Source: the human T2T-CHM13v2.0 reference genome, Homo sapiens
Assembly: GCF_009914755.1 (NCBI RefSeq)
Contig: NC_060939.1
Strand: one strand, 5' to 3'
DNA length: 64,000 nucleotides
Below the pieces are notes generated by a model, which saw only the letters and a list, made by a program, of their open reading frames with translations, made no database searches and had not been told where the DNA came from. The position numbers were made by a program, and so were the translations under genes. Shown here piece by piece: positions 14,770 to 28,154 of the stretch; within the stretch, counting starts at the first letter, position 1; every line of letters begins with the position of its first letter.

Positions 14770-17700
14770 AGTCCATTTCTTCTCATTGTTCAACTCCTGC
14801 TTATGAGTGAGAACATGCAGCATTTGGTTTTCTGTTTCTGTGTTAGTTTGCTGAGGATGATGGCTTCCAGCTTCATCCATGTCCCTGCAAAAGACATGAT
14901 CTCATTCCTTTTTGTGGCTGCATAGTATTCTGTGGTATATATGTACCACATTTTCTTTATTCAGTCTGCTATTGATGGGCATTTGGGAGTGTTCCATGTT
15001 TTTGCTATTGTGAATAGTGCTGTAACAAACATACGTGTGCATGTATCTTTATAGTAGAATGATTTATGTTCCTTTGGGTGTATAACCAGTAATGGGATTA
15101 CTGGGTCAAATGGTACTTCTGGTTCTAGATCCTTGAGGAATCACCATACTGTCTTCCACTAATTTAGATTCCCACCAACAATGTAAAAGCATTCCTATTT
15201 CTCCACAGCCTTGCCAGCATCTATTGTTTCCTGGCTTTTTAATAATCACCATTCTGACCGGCGTGAGATGGTATCTCATTGTTGTTTTGATTTGCATTTC
15301 TCTGATGATCAGTGATGTTGAGCTTTTTTTCACGTGTTTGTTGGCTGCATACGTGTCTTCTTTTGAGAAATGTCTGTTCATATCCTTTGCCCACTTTTTG
15401 ATGGGGTTGTTTTTTTCTTGTAAATTTGTTTGTAAATTCTGGATGTTAGACCTTTGTCAGATGGGTAGATATCAAAAATTTTATCCTATTCTGTAGGTTG
15501 CCTGTTTGCTCTGATGATAGTTTCTTTTGCTGTGCAGAAGCTCTTTAATTTAATTAGATCCCATTTGTCAATTTTGACTTTTGTTGCAATTGCTTTTGGC
15601 ATTTTTGTCATGAAGTCTTTGCCCATGCCTATGTCCTGAATGGTATTGCCTAGGTTTTCTTCTAAGGTTTTTATGGTTTTGGGTTTTACATTTAAGTCTT
15701 TAATCCACCTTGAGTTAATTTCTGTATAAGGTATAAAGAAGGGGTTCAGTTTCAGTTGTCTGCATATGGCTAGCCAGTCTTCCCAGCACCATTTTCTGAA
15801 TAGATCCTTTCCCTATTGCTTGTTTTTGTCGGGTTTTTCAAAGATCAGATGGTTGTAGATGTGTGGTGTTATTTCTGAGGTCTCTGTTTTGCTCCATTGG
15901 TCTATATGTCTCTTTTGGTACCAGTACTATGCTGTTTTGGTTACCGTAGCCTTGTAGTATAGTTTGAGTTCAGGTAGCGTGATGCCTCCAGCTTTGTTTG
16001 TTTTGCTTAGGATTGTCTTGGCTATACGGGGTCTTCTTTGATTCCATGTGAAATTTAAAATAGTTTTTTTCTAATTCTGTGAAAACTTTCAATGGTAGTT
16101 TGATGGGAATAGCATTGAATCTATAAATAACTTTGGGCAGTATGGCCATTTTCATGATATTGATCCTTCCTATCCATGAGGATGGAATGTTTTTCCATTT
16201 GTTTGTGTCCTCTGTTGTTTCATTGAGCAATGGTTTGTAGTCTCCTTGAAGAAGCTAACATCCTCGTTAGCTGTATTCCTAAGTATTTTATTCTCTTTGT
16301 AGTGATTGTGAATGTGAGTTCATTCATGATTTAGCTCTCTGCTTGTCTATTGTTGGTGTAAAGGAATGCTTGTGATTTTTGCACACTGATTCTGTATCCT
16401 AAGACTTTGCTGAAGTTGCTTATCAGTTTAGTTTTTCGGCTGAGATGATGAAGTTTTCTAAATATAAAATCATGTCATCTGCAAACAGAGACAATTTAAC
16501 TTCCTCTCTTCCTATTTGAATATCCTTTATTTCTTTCTCTTGCCTGATTGCCCTGGCCAGAACTTCCAATACCACGTTGAATAGGATGGTGAGAGAAGGC
16601 ATCCTTGTCTTGTACTGGTTTTCAAAGGGAATGCTTCTAGCCTTTGCCCATTCAATATGATATTGGCTGTTGGTCTGTCATAAATAATTCTTATTATTTT
16701 GAGAGATGTTCCATCACTACCTAGTTTATTGAGAGTTTTTAGCAAGAAGCGATGTTGAATTTTATCAAAGGCCTTTTCTTCATCTATTGAGATTATCATG
16801 TGGCTTTTGTCTTTGGTTCTGTTTATGTGATGGAATACATTTATTGATTTGCATATGTTGAACCAGCCTTGCATCCCAGGGATGAAGCTGACTTGATTGT
16901 GGTGGATAAGTTTTTTGATGTGCTGCTGGATTTTGATTCCCAGTAGTTTATTGAGGATTTTCAGATAGATGTTCATCAGGGATATTGACCTGAAATTTTC
17001 TTTTTTTATTGTGTTTCTTCCCAGTTTTGATATCAGGATGATGCTGGCTTCATAAAACGAGTGAGGGAGGCATCCCTCCTTTTCAATTGTTTATAATAGT
17101 TTCAGAAGGAATGGTACCAGCTCCTCTTTGTATTTCTGGTAGAATTCAGCTGTGAATCCGTCTGGTCCTGGGCTTTTTTTTGTTGGTAGGCTATTAATTA
17201 CTGCCTCAATTTCAGAACTTATTATTGATCTATTCAGGGATTTGACTTCTTCCTGATTTAGGCTTGGGAGGGTGTATGTGTCCAGGAATGTATCAATTTT
17301 TTCTAGATTTTCTAGTTTATTTGCATAGAGGTGTTTACAGTATTCTGTGATGGTAATTTGTATTTCTGTGGAGTCAGTGGTGCAATCCTCTTTATCATTT
17401 TTTATTGTGTCTATTTGATTCTTCTCTTTTTTCTCTTTATTAGTCCAGCTAGCAGTCTATCTAGTTAATTAAAAAAAAAACAGCTCCTGGATTCATTGAT
17501 TTTTTTTGGAGTGTTTTTCATGTCTCTATCTCCTTCAGTTCTTCTCTGATCTTAGTTATTTCTTGTCTTCTGCTAACTTTTGGATTAGTTTGCTCTTGCC
17601 CCTCTAGCTCTTTTAATTGTCATGTTAGGGTATTGATTTAAGACCTTTCCACCTTTCTGATGTGGGCATTTAGTGCTATAAATTTCCTTCTTAACACTGC

Positions 17701-18590
17701 TTTAGCTGTGTCCCAGAGATTCTGGTATGTTGTCTCTTCATTCTCATTGGTCTCAAAGAACTTCTTGATTTCTGCCTTAATTTCATTATTTACCCAGGAG
17801 TCACTCAGGAGCAGGTTGTTTAATTTCCATGTAATTGTGTGGTTTTGAGATGAGTTTCTTAGTCCTGAGTTCTAATTTGGTTGCACTGTGGTCTGAGAGA
17901 CTGTTTTTTATGATTTCAGTTCTTTCGCATTTGCTGAGGAGTCTTTTACTTCCAGTTATGTGGTCGATTTTAGAATAAGTGCCATGTGGCACTGAGAAGA
18001 AGCCATATTTTGTTGATTTGGGGTAGAGAGTTCTGTAGATATCTACTAGGTCCACTTGATCCAGAGCTGAGTTCAAGTCCTGAATATTCTTGTTAATTTT
18101 TTGTCTTATTGATCTGTCTAACACTGACAGTGGAGTGTTTAGCTCTCCCACTATTATTTTGTGGGAGTCTAAGTCTCTTTGTAGGTCTCTAAGAACTTGT
18201 TTTATGAATCTGGGTGCTCCTATATTGGGTGCATATATATTTAAAATAGTTAGCTCTTCTTGTTGAATTGTTCCCTTTACCATTATGTAACGCCCTTGTC
18301 TTTTTTAATCTCTGTTGGTTTAAAGTCTGTTTTGTCAGAGACTGGATTGCAACCCCTGCTTTTTCTGCTTTCCATTTGCTTGGTAAATTCTCCTCCATCC
18401 CTTTATTTTGAGCCTATGTGTGTCTTTGCATGTGAGCTTGGTCTCCTGACTACAGCACACCAATGGGTCTTGACTCTCAAATTTGCCAGTCTGTGTCTTT
18501 TAATTGGGGAATTTAGCCCATTTACATTTAAGGTTAGTATTGTTATATGTTAATTTGATCCTGTCATCATGATGCTTTTTAGTTATTTTG
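14770..18590 (-). pseudogene. Disrupted L1 ORF2 (endonuclease + RT)
   Basis: EN motifs LNIYAPN, YSKIDH, SDHSA (17801-18283); RT fragments at 16527-16976 and 15970-16230; multiple stops and frameshifts. Confidence 0.92.
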
Positions 18591-18656
18591 CAACTAATTG
18601 ATGCAGTTTCTCCATAGTGTCATTGGTCTTTATATTTTGGTGTGTTTTTGTAGTGG

Positions 18657-19652
18657 CTAGTACCAGTTTTTCCTTTCCATATTTAGGGCCTCTTTCAGGA
18701 GTTCTTGCAGGGCAGGCCTTGTAGTAATGAAATCCCTCTGCATTTGCTTGTCTGGAAAGGATTTTATTTCTCCTTTGCTTATGAAGCTTAATTTAGCTGG
18801 ATATGAAATTCTGGGTTGAAATTTCTTTTCTTTAAGAATGTTGAATATAGGCCCCCAATCTCTTCTGGCTTGTAGAGTTTCTGCTGAAAGGTACCCTGTT
18901 AATCTGACAGGCTTCCCTCTGTAGGTGACCTGGCCTTTCTCTCTGGCTGCCCTTAACAGTTTTTCCTTCATTACGACCTTGGAGAATCTGATGATTATGT
19001 CTCTTGAGGTTAAACTTCATGTGGAGTATCTTAATGGTGTTCTCTGTATTTCCTGAATTTGCATGTTGGCCTGTCTTGCTAGGTTGGGGAAGTTCTGAAT
19101 AATATCCTGGAGTATGTTTTCCAGCTTGTTTCCATTCTCCCTGTCTCTTCTGGTACTCCAGTCAATCGTAGGTTCGGTCTTTCTATGAAGTCCCATATAT
19201 CTTGGAGGCTTTGTCCATTTATTTTCATATTTTCTCTAGTCTTGTCTGCATGCCTTATTTCAGCAAGGTGGTCTTCAAACTCTGATATCCTTTCTTCTGC
19301 TTGGTGGATTCAGCTATTGATACTCGTATATGCTTCACGAAGTTCTCATGCTCTGTTTTTCAGCTCCATCCGGTCGTTTATATTCCTCTCTAAACTGATT
19401 ATTCTATTTGTCAATTCTTCCTACCTTTTATCAAGGTTCCTAGCTTATTTGCATTGGGTTAGAACATGCTCCATTAGCTCAGCGTAGTTTTTTATTACCC
19501 ATCTTCTGAAGCCTACTTCTGTCAATTCGTCCATCTGATCCTCCGTCCAGTTCTGTGCCCTTGATGGAGAGATGTTGTGAGCGCTTGAAGGAGAAGAGGC
19601 ACTCTGGCCTTTTGGGTTTTCAGCATTTTTTCATTGATTGTTTCTCATTCAT
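18657..19652 (-). pseudogene. Disrupted L1 ORF1
   Basis: KEKLLRAAREKGQVTYRG...FQPRISYPAKLSF...TTRPALQELLKEAL (18657-18971); upstream part broken, start approximate. Confidence 0.88.
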
Positions 19653-19659
19653 GAGTTTG

Positions 19660-20985
19660 TCTAGTTTTGGTCTTTGAGGCTGCTGACCCTTGGATGGGGT
19701 TTCTATGGGGGCTTTTTTGTTGTTGTTGTTGATGCTGTTGTTGTTGCTTTCTGCTTATTTGTTTTTCTTTCAAAGGGCAGGTCCCTCTTCTGTAGGGCTG
19801 CTGCGTTTGCTGGGGGTTCACTTCAGGCCCTATTCATCTGATTATCTCCCATGCCTGGAGATGTCACTTCAGGAGGCTGGAGAGCAGCAAAGATGAGTGC
19901 CTGCTCCTTCTTCTGGGACCTCTGACCTCGAGGGGCACCAGCCTGATGCCAGTAGGATTGCTCCTGTATAGGGTGTCTGACAACCCCTGTTGGAGGGTCT
20001 CACTCAGTTGGGTGGCACCGGGAATAGGGCCTGTTTAACAAAGTACTTTGTCCTTTGGTGGAGGGGGTGTGCCTCGCTGGGGTGAAACCCATTCTTCTGG
20101 GCTGCCTGGATTCCTCAGAACCACCAGGAGGAGAGGCTAAGTCTGCTGGTCCACAGATACTGCAGCTGCCCCTCCCCCTAGGGGCTCAGGCCCAGGGAGA
20201 TCCGAATTCTGTCCCTGAGCCTCTGGCTGGGAGTTATTGGAGATCCTGCAGGGAAGTCTCACCCCAGTGAGGAAGGATGGGTCAGGGTCAGGCCTGAAGA
20301 GGCACTCTGGCCACAGACTGCCACAGCCAGTGTGTTGGGCTGTGGGGGACAAGTCTTGGAACTAAGCCGTCTAGCCTCCCTGGCTCCAGCAGGGGAAAAG
20401 CACAGCCTGGAGCTATAGACATGGGTGCCGCCCTTCCCCCGCCCATGAAGCTTAGTGTGTTAGGCAGTGGCGAGTCCCAGTGCTGGCTACTGCCCCTCCC
20501 CCAAGGAGCTCAAAGGGCTTAGACGGCAGGCAGCGGGCAGCGGCAGCTGCAGTGCTGGTCGCCCCTCCCCGCAGGAGTTCCGTAGGCTTAAGCAGATTCC
20601 AGCTGAGAGGCTGTTGAGAATCTGTGTGTTCCAGGGTTGTGATGCTAGGCCCCCGTGGTGTGGGTTCGCGAATGGGATCTTGCAGTCCGTGAGTTGTGCA
20701 GCTCCGTGGAGGAAGCACAGTTTCCCTGGCTGGGTAGTGCACTCACTCATTGCCTCCCTTGGTTGGGGGGAGGGGGCTCCCCTGCCCCGTGTGGCTCTCA
20801 GGTGGGCCGCTGCACCACACTGTTCTTCTTTCTCTCCGTAGGTCATGCCAGCCTCCTAGTCAGTTCTGATGAGAGAACCTGGGTGCCTTGGTTGCCGGTG
20901 AAGGATTCACACGCTTATTATGGTTTTTTTCGATGGGAGCCTCCAAAGGCCCCACTGTTACTAGTTGGCCATCTTGGCCCCACCC
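19660..20985 (-). promoter_or_regulatory. L1 5'UTR internal promoter region with YY1 motif
   Basis: CAAGATGGCC at 20967-20976 (-); GC-rich, with CpGs retained around 20520-20830. Activity not shown. Confidence 0.65.
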
Positions 20986-21004
20986 CTCCAAATATTTTTT
21001 TTCT

Positions 21005-21960
21005 ACCCCCATTCTCTCTCTCATCAGGTTTTGGAATCTCAATAACAAATGTATTAGATCATTTGATATTGTTCCTCAGTTTTAATTTGCTTTCTTTTTT
21101 TTTTTCTTCTCTGTGTTTCAGTTTGGTTGACTTTCACTAAACTTTCTTAAATGTTGCTGACGATTTCCTGTGATTTTCCTGTGGCTGTAAAACCTTTTGA
21201 ATAAATTAGTCTTTTGTGGTATCATGTTTTTTATTCCTAGCATTTCTACTTTGTTTCTTTGTATAGTTTTCATCTCTCTGCAAATATATCTCCTCTGTGA
21301 ATACATGCTATCTTTTCCACTAGATTCTTGGACATATGTTTATAGTTATTTTAAAGTTCCTGTCTTAAAATTCCAATATTTCCTATCTTCACCCTGGCTC
21401 ACATGGTTTTGCTTCTTTGGTAGTATTATTTTAAAAATTATATGCAGACGTTGTCTATTAAAAACTTGTAGAGACTGAACTAAATAATACTGCTCTCAGA
21501 AAAAAAGTGCCTCTTTCCCTGTAAGGCCACTATTTGAGGAAGCTTATTCTATCACTGATGTAGTTTATGTGGGTTTATAATTTAATTAGTTTAATAGAGC
21601 AGTAGTTAGATTCTATTTACCACTAGCTTTAAATATTTTGAGAGCATCATAAAGAATTTCATTTCAGCAGGACCTGGAATATCTGGTGACTAAGTTGCTC
21701 AATTTTTAGCTTTCCAAAGTGTGAGAATTATTTCTTTGCCTAACAGCCCATGGCATACAGCTTCTTCAGTTAATAGTAAGTTCCTTTTTTGGGGGGTGTC
21801 ACTCTATTACCCAGGCTGGAGTGCAGTGGTGCAATTATAGCTCACTGCGGCCTCGAACTCCTGGGCTCAAGTGATCCTCCCACCTCAGCCTCCTGAGTTG
21901 CTAGGACTACAGGTGCACACCACCATGCTTAGTTCTCTGAGAATTTCTTCTGCTCTTCAA
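21005..21960 (-). mobile_element. Continuation of the old L1M host (ORF1/5' region)
   Basis: Resumes after the TSD: attctctctc...aatgtattagatcatttgatattg. Confidence 0.6.
21785..21932 (-). mobile_element. Alu monomer (FLAM_C/AluJ-like)
   Basis: cccaggctggagtgcagtggtgcaattatagctcactgc...ctcctgggctcaagtgatcctcccacc. Confidence 0.88.
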
Positions 21961-22049
21961 TTCTACCAGGGTGAAGACTAGGATGAGGGAAGCAAGGCAG
22001 CTAGGGCACAAAACTCCCAGGGTTGTGTAAGTGTGGTGTTGGGGTGGCA

Positions 22050-24790
22050 GATTTAATGTGTTAGACTGAGGGGGTGAAGATAACTAACAGACTTCTTAGT
22101 TGGTTGATTGAAACCTAGGCCTAAATACGTCCAATACTAAATAAGTTTTGAATGCCAGACATGTCCTGATGCAGAGGAAGATATCCAAAGTCTTAGAACT
22201 GGAATGCTAGAGTGGGCTTATCATGTAATATCTGCTCATACGCTTTCTCTTTATGTCCTCTGCAGCATTATAAGCACACACTTTTTACTACACTGTGAAA
22301 AAAGAATTGCTAGGGGGGGTCCAGCTTCCTTAAAGAAATTTGTCATTGTCATTCTCTAAAGGCCATTAATAACAGTGGGAACTGCTGTCATTAAACTAGG
22401 CTCCCTGAATTCAGCAGGGATGATAAAACTTCAGTGTGGCAGATACTTCATGGTGGCACTGAATTGCCAAACACTGAGTGAGCATGGTTACTATAATGAG
22501 CAGTAGAGCCAAAGTTGTTATAAGAATAATATGACCTGCAGAGATCTTTGATGTTGGCTTGTTGTTATTACAATGTTCCTATAAATGAAATAGATGGGCA
22601 ACCTACTAAGGTCTTACTTGAGTTGTTTAAACAGAGAAACTCTAAGCCTGGTGAATAGAAGTCTAATCACCACACTAAGTATCATGACCCTTCATCAACT
22701 TCCCAGACTTGAGCCGGTTCACAGACTGAGAATACTTTGAATGAGAGGGAGGTCAGGTTTCCTTGAAGAAAAACCATGCTATACAACCAACGATCTATAC
22801 TATCAATCTTATTTGCCATTCATACAGCAACCAGTGGATGTTTTCCAAGGTGATTGTGAATTGGGGAAGGGGGGACTAATCGGGCTTGCTCTGAATTGAT
22901 ACCACAAATGCCATTGTACAACTATAGTCAGAGCAGAGGATCGGGAAGGCCATGTGATCAGCGGAGTTTTGGCCCATCTCACAGTGGGTCTAGTGGGTCC
23001 CTAAACTCAGTTTTTTTAGGTACCCAGTCCTAGAAGGAATAATTGGAATAGAAATCCTAGAAACTTGGAGAATATTCACTTTGGTTACTTAGTCCATGGA
23101 ATAACAGCTATTGTGGAAGCAATGGCCAAGTGTAAGCCACTGAAATTGTCTGTCTGCTGAAAAGGTAAGCCAAAAGCAAGACCACATTTCTGGATGGCAG
23201 AAATGAGGGATACCATCAAGGGACTTGAAATATGTAGGCATGATGATTTCTACCATATCTCCATTCAACAATGCAGAAGATACATACACCTTGGAGAATG
23301 ACCATGGATTACTGTAAAGTTAATCAAGTGGAGAAGATGGCTTTTCCTGTGGACATCAGTGAGTCTTTTTCATCAGCCACTGCCATTCTTGCCCAATGGA
23401 CTCACAAAGTTGCCATGGTGACATGGAGGAAGGTTATGCATGGGCTTAGTAACATGGCCGCTCTTGAAGTCCAACCTGGCTCCTGTCACTAAAGAGTACC
23501 CAATCTGCCAACAACCTGCTAAGCCTGTGCTATGACAATATAGCATCATTCCCCAAGGGCATCAGCTAGCCACCTGGTGGCAGGTTGTTGACATTGGAGT
23601 ACATCCATCATGGAAGGAGCAGAGCTGTATTCTCACTGGAATGGATACTTACTGCGAATACAGATTTGCCTTCCCTACCTACAATATTTCTACCAAAACC
23701 ATCACCTACTGACTTGTGAATGCCTTATTCACTGTCTTAACATTCAATACAGCCTAGTGTCCAAGGATCTTGTTCTATAGCAAATGCAATATGGCCATGG
23801 GCACATGCTCATGGGCTGACCACATCTTTCAATCACCCATAAAGTGACTGGCCTGACAGAATAGTGGAATGGCTTTTGAAGCTCAGATATAGTGGCTGCT
23901 GGTAGCAAAACCTTGCAGGTCTGGGACAGTGTCCGCTAGGAGGTAGTATACGCTCTAAGCCAGCAAGCAATATATGGTTTCTTCCATAGACAGGATTCAT
24001 GGGACCTTGATGAGGGGTGGCCATAGCAGGGACTCCTCTCATTATTATGCCTCGTGACCTGCTAGAAACATTTTTGCATCCCTCCCCACATCTGTGTGAA
24101 CTGCTGCTCTAGAGGTTTTACTCTCCAGAGGAAGAATGCTTACACCATTGGGCACAGCAATGGTTCTCTGAAAATGGAAGCTGAAACGGACACCTGGCCA
24201 TTTTGGAATCTTCAAGACAGTGAATCAATAGGAAGAGAAAGGGATTTTTCTACTGACTGGGGTGATTGAACCTAACTACCAGGGTAAAATGGGGTTGCTA
24301 TGATACATGACGGGAAGGCAGAATATGTCCAGAATGTAAGAAATCCCCTCTGGAACCTCTCAATACTCCCCTGTCCTATGACTACATTAAACAGAAAATA
24401 ACAACCCAATATAGGATTGCTTATGGTCAAGACTCTTCAGGAATGAAGGTTTGAGTTACCCCATCAGGCAAGGAATCACAACCCGCCAACACATCTGCTG
24501 AGCACAAATGCAATGTAGAATAGGTACTGCAAGAAAATAGTTATAAATACCAGCAATGACCACCTGACCAGATGCAAACACAGACATGAGGACTATAGTA
24601 GTTTTGAGTAGTTCTTTCTTATTTTGATATAAAGTATTTGTGTATATATAAACCAATATTTTTCTCTTGTCTTTTCCAAACCTCCTACCATCTGACATAC
24701 ATAAGATATGTTAATAGTACTTAAACTTCTATGTCAGTATTTAAATTATAGGATATTAAATAGGCAATGTGACTCAGATAGAAGAATGAA
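22050..24790 (+). mobile_element. ERVL internal segment (ERVL-E-like): decayed gag, pol with large deletion, integrase, dUTPase
   Basis: RT WRMTMDYCKVNQV (~23292-23330), integrase AQWTH / PICQQ / WWQV..IG (~23390-23600), dUTPase-like GVIEPNYQG (~24260-24285). Confidence 0.85.
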
Positions 24791-24802
24791 ATCACTAAAG
24801 AT

Positions 24803-25291
24803 GGGAGGGAGGATAATGGCATCCCCGTGATGTGCACATTCTAATACCTGGAACTTGTGAATATAGTAGGTTACATGGTAAAGGAGAATTGAAGTGGAAG
24901 ATGGAATCAAGATTGATAATCAGCTGACCTTAAAATAGAGAGATTGTCTTGGATTATCCAGGTGGCCCAATGTAATTGTAAGGAAGCTTAAAAGTTAGAA
25001 GGGGGTGGTACCAGAGAGGTCGCAGCATAAGAAGGACTCGCCATTCTATATTGCAGGCTTTGAAGTAGAGAAAGGAAGCTATAAGACAAAAATGTAGGCA
25101 GCATCTAGAAATTGGGAGAGGTAAGGAAATAAATTCTTCCTTAGGGCCTGCAGAAGAAACACAGCCCCGTTGACACCTTGATTTTAGCATTTTGGACCTC
25201 TGACCTCCAGAATTATAAGATAGTACATTTGCATTGTTTTAAGCCAAGAAGTTTACGATAATTTGTTAAAGCAGCAATAGGAACTAGTACA
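24803..25291 (+). mobile_element. MLT1D-like MaLR LTR
   Basis: aatcagctgaccttaaaatag..gatt..tggattatccaggtggcccaatgtaat ... gcagcaataggaactagtaca. Confidence 0.88.
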
Positions 25292-25294
25292 GAA

Positions 25295-25795
25295 GGTTAG
25301 CACGTTTTGAGTTGCAGGAGAGGCACCCGGTGCTGCAGCAGCTGGTGTACTTTATCACTTGGCTGTTCTCACCTGATTGTTGTGAGGCAGCAGCTGGGTC
25401 ACAGTTTCTCCAGCTCCCATTGGACCCTCCTTCAGCTTCTCCAAGTGAAGAACACCCTCCTGGCTCAGATGGATGTTGAGCTCTGTGACAAAGGGTACCA
25501 CCTTCTCCTACAAGACACCTGCACCATCACAATGGGAGGGTTGGATACACTGAGAGATAAGGGTGGGCCCAGTCTATTCCATGGATTTCAGCTCATCATG
25601 GGTTCCAGTTTTTCCTTTTTCTCCCCTACTTCATACCCATTTTCCCTTCCTGACACCTGTCCTTCTGACTTCAGGCTCAGGCATCAGATACAAAGCTGTT
25701 AACAATGACCTAAGGTGAAATTCATACAATAAATCCTGATTATATGTACCACTCCTAGTGTTTTTTTTCCCTCTCCTTGAACTCTGATTGATGCA
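25295..25795 (+). mobile_element. ERVL LTR (LTR41-like), probable 3' LTR of the upstream internal segment
   Basis: gacttcaggctcaggcatcaga...aataaatcc...cactcctagtg...gaactctgattgatgca terminus. Confidence 0.65.
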
Positions 25796-26687
25796 GTTAT
25801 GCATTTAAGCTACTTTCATCACTGTTGTTAAGGATTTTCCAGCATTTTTATGTGTTTAGAGCAGGAATTAGATCCTTCTATGTCAGCTTATTCTGCCGTG
25901 TTGAATATAAGTCTTCTAAGTTTGCTTTATATTGTTAAATTTATAATTTCCCTACCTCCTCCCAACATGCCCTCTGTTATTTAGTGGAGAAGCTTATACT
26001 TGGGCACGGATTCATCTATCTTTGAATTTACCAGTCTCACTTTGTCTCCACGAATTCTGAATAAAAGCAGCATGAGAGTAAAACACAAGTAAAACTACTT
26101 GTGTCTCATGTTTTGTTTTTTTTTTTTTCCAGATCCTGTCAGACATGGGAAAAATCTGTTTACAACCACAGAAATTTGGCTCCAGCTCCCACCTGTTATT
26201 GTTCTGGAGGCTCCATTCCTCTCAGTCCTGCTGTTCGCTCCTCGGTGACAGGTTCTCGGCCTCCTTAAATGGAACCAATTGAGCATCAGCTTTACTCTGC
26301 TGCAGCATTTATCAATGCCCCATAGGAAGATGGAAGGCATTTGTAGGCTTAGATCCAGGACACACTGAACTCCTTTGTCCCATAATTTTCTTATCACTTC
26401 ATACCCTTTATTACTATTGCCTTTGGACTGACCTTGACCACTAGCCCTCCCATTCAAAACAGGAGTCTTCTCAGACTTGAAGCTTAGCTCCCTTCAGTGC
26501 ACATGTCTTCTTACTCTTCTCTACCCCAGATGAGCATAGATGGAAGAAATGAGCAATTTTTACCTCCCCTTCTCTGATCAAGAATCCTAATCATAATATC
26601 TTGGTGTCCAAGTCCCAAATTCACTGCATGAAAATAGGACTAAATTCCCTGAAGCAGGTAAACAAATTGGTCACCACCATGACTCTT

Positions 26688-26991
<304 letters not shown>

Positions 26992-27036
26992 CATCATGAC
27001 TCTTGATAGCTGCTTAAAGTATAATTTATCTGTAGT

Positions 27037-27422
27037 TGTCTTCATCTGTTTACATTGCTATAAAGGTAATTTATTTTTTAAAAAAGAGGTTTATTTGGCT
27101 CACAGTTCTGCAGGCTGTAGAAGAAGCATCTGCTTCTGGTGAGGGCTTCAGACCACTTCTATTTGTGGCTGCAGGTGGACGGAAGCAGGCATTATATGGG
27201 AAGAGGAAGCAAGGGGAAGGAGGTGCCAGGCTCTTTTCAACAATCAGTTCTTGTGGGAACTAACAGAGCAAGAACTCACTTATCACCATGAAGATGGCAC
27301 CAAGCCATTCATGAGGGATCTGGCCCCATGGCCCACACACTTCCCATTAGGCCCCACCTCCAACACTGAGGAATCAAGTTTCAACAAGAGATTTGGAGGG
27401 GACAAATATCCAAACTATATCA
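27037..27422 (-). mobile_element. MSTB-like solo LTR
   Basis: tg...ca termini, perfect 5-bp TSD gtagt (27032-27036, 27423-27427), MST body motifs. Confidence 0.92.
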
Positions 27423-27759
27423 GTAGTGTTAAGCAAACGCCAGATTGAGAGAGGTATAAATGCATTTCTACATATAAACTGGCCAACACATGGTAACCAA
27501 GGCAATTTCTGAATGCTGATCTAAAAGGACAAATGTTTCCTGATGGTCTGTGTGCTTGGTCCTGCAGGGTCTCTTGCCTCCCTCACAGGACAGGAGACTA
27601 TGGACCAAGGGTCACCTGGGCCTCCAGACTACATGAATCTCTACTACCTTTGCCTTTTTGATTATGCACCAAAAATTTGCTTGGGAGAGTTTAGACACAT
27701 TAGACAAATACCACATTAGGAGTAAAGTGGCATATTGTTCAAGAAAACATCTGGTATGG

Positions 27760-27900
27760 TTTTATCATTGCTACTAACACATTGTATTACATTGGGGCAA
27801 GCCATTTTATCTTCCTTGGCCTCTGTTTCCTCACTTGTGAAGTGAAGTAATTAGACTTCATACTTTAAAACACTTTCTAACACTAACAGTCTGCTATTAT
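27760..27900 (+). mobile_element. MIR
   Basis: gggcaag..cctctgtttcctcacttgtgaa core. Confidence 0.6.
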
Positions 27901-28154
27901 CTAAATAATGGGAAAAACATGTCAGGGTAGGGATAACAAGTTCTTAAACTATAGTGCCTTATGGGGAAGACTGGCTCTGGGCAATCCTAATTGTGATATA
28001 CTGATATAGGAACTCACAAAGAACAAAACTTGAAGATAGAATCACAGCAGCTCTGGTCTACAGAAGGAAAGATAAATCTGGATATATTCAGACACAAATC
28101 AATCAACTAAATAAAGTAGCAAAAGAGAAAGAGAGGAATTCAGCTTGCACTTAC

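Larger units (their letters stand above)
14595..20985 (-). mobile_element. Full-length (~6.4 kb) L1PA8-like LINE-1, ORFs disrupted
   Basis: 5' end GGGGTGGGGCCAAGATGGCC on the minus strand; ORF1, EN and RT fragments; 3'UTR ggagggaacttagaggac and a T-run before the tail; TSD cttcaaatattttttct (14578-14594) / ctccaaatattttttttct (20986-21004). Confidence 0.95.

Noticed and set aside
20452-21140. Cluster of overlapping 96-161 aa ORFs
   Set aside because: The GC-rich L1 5'UTR is depleted of stop codons; no coding evidence.
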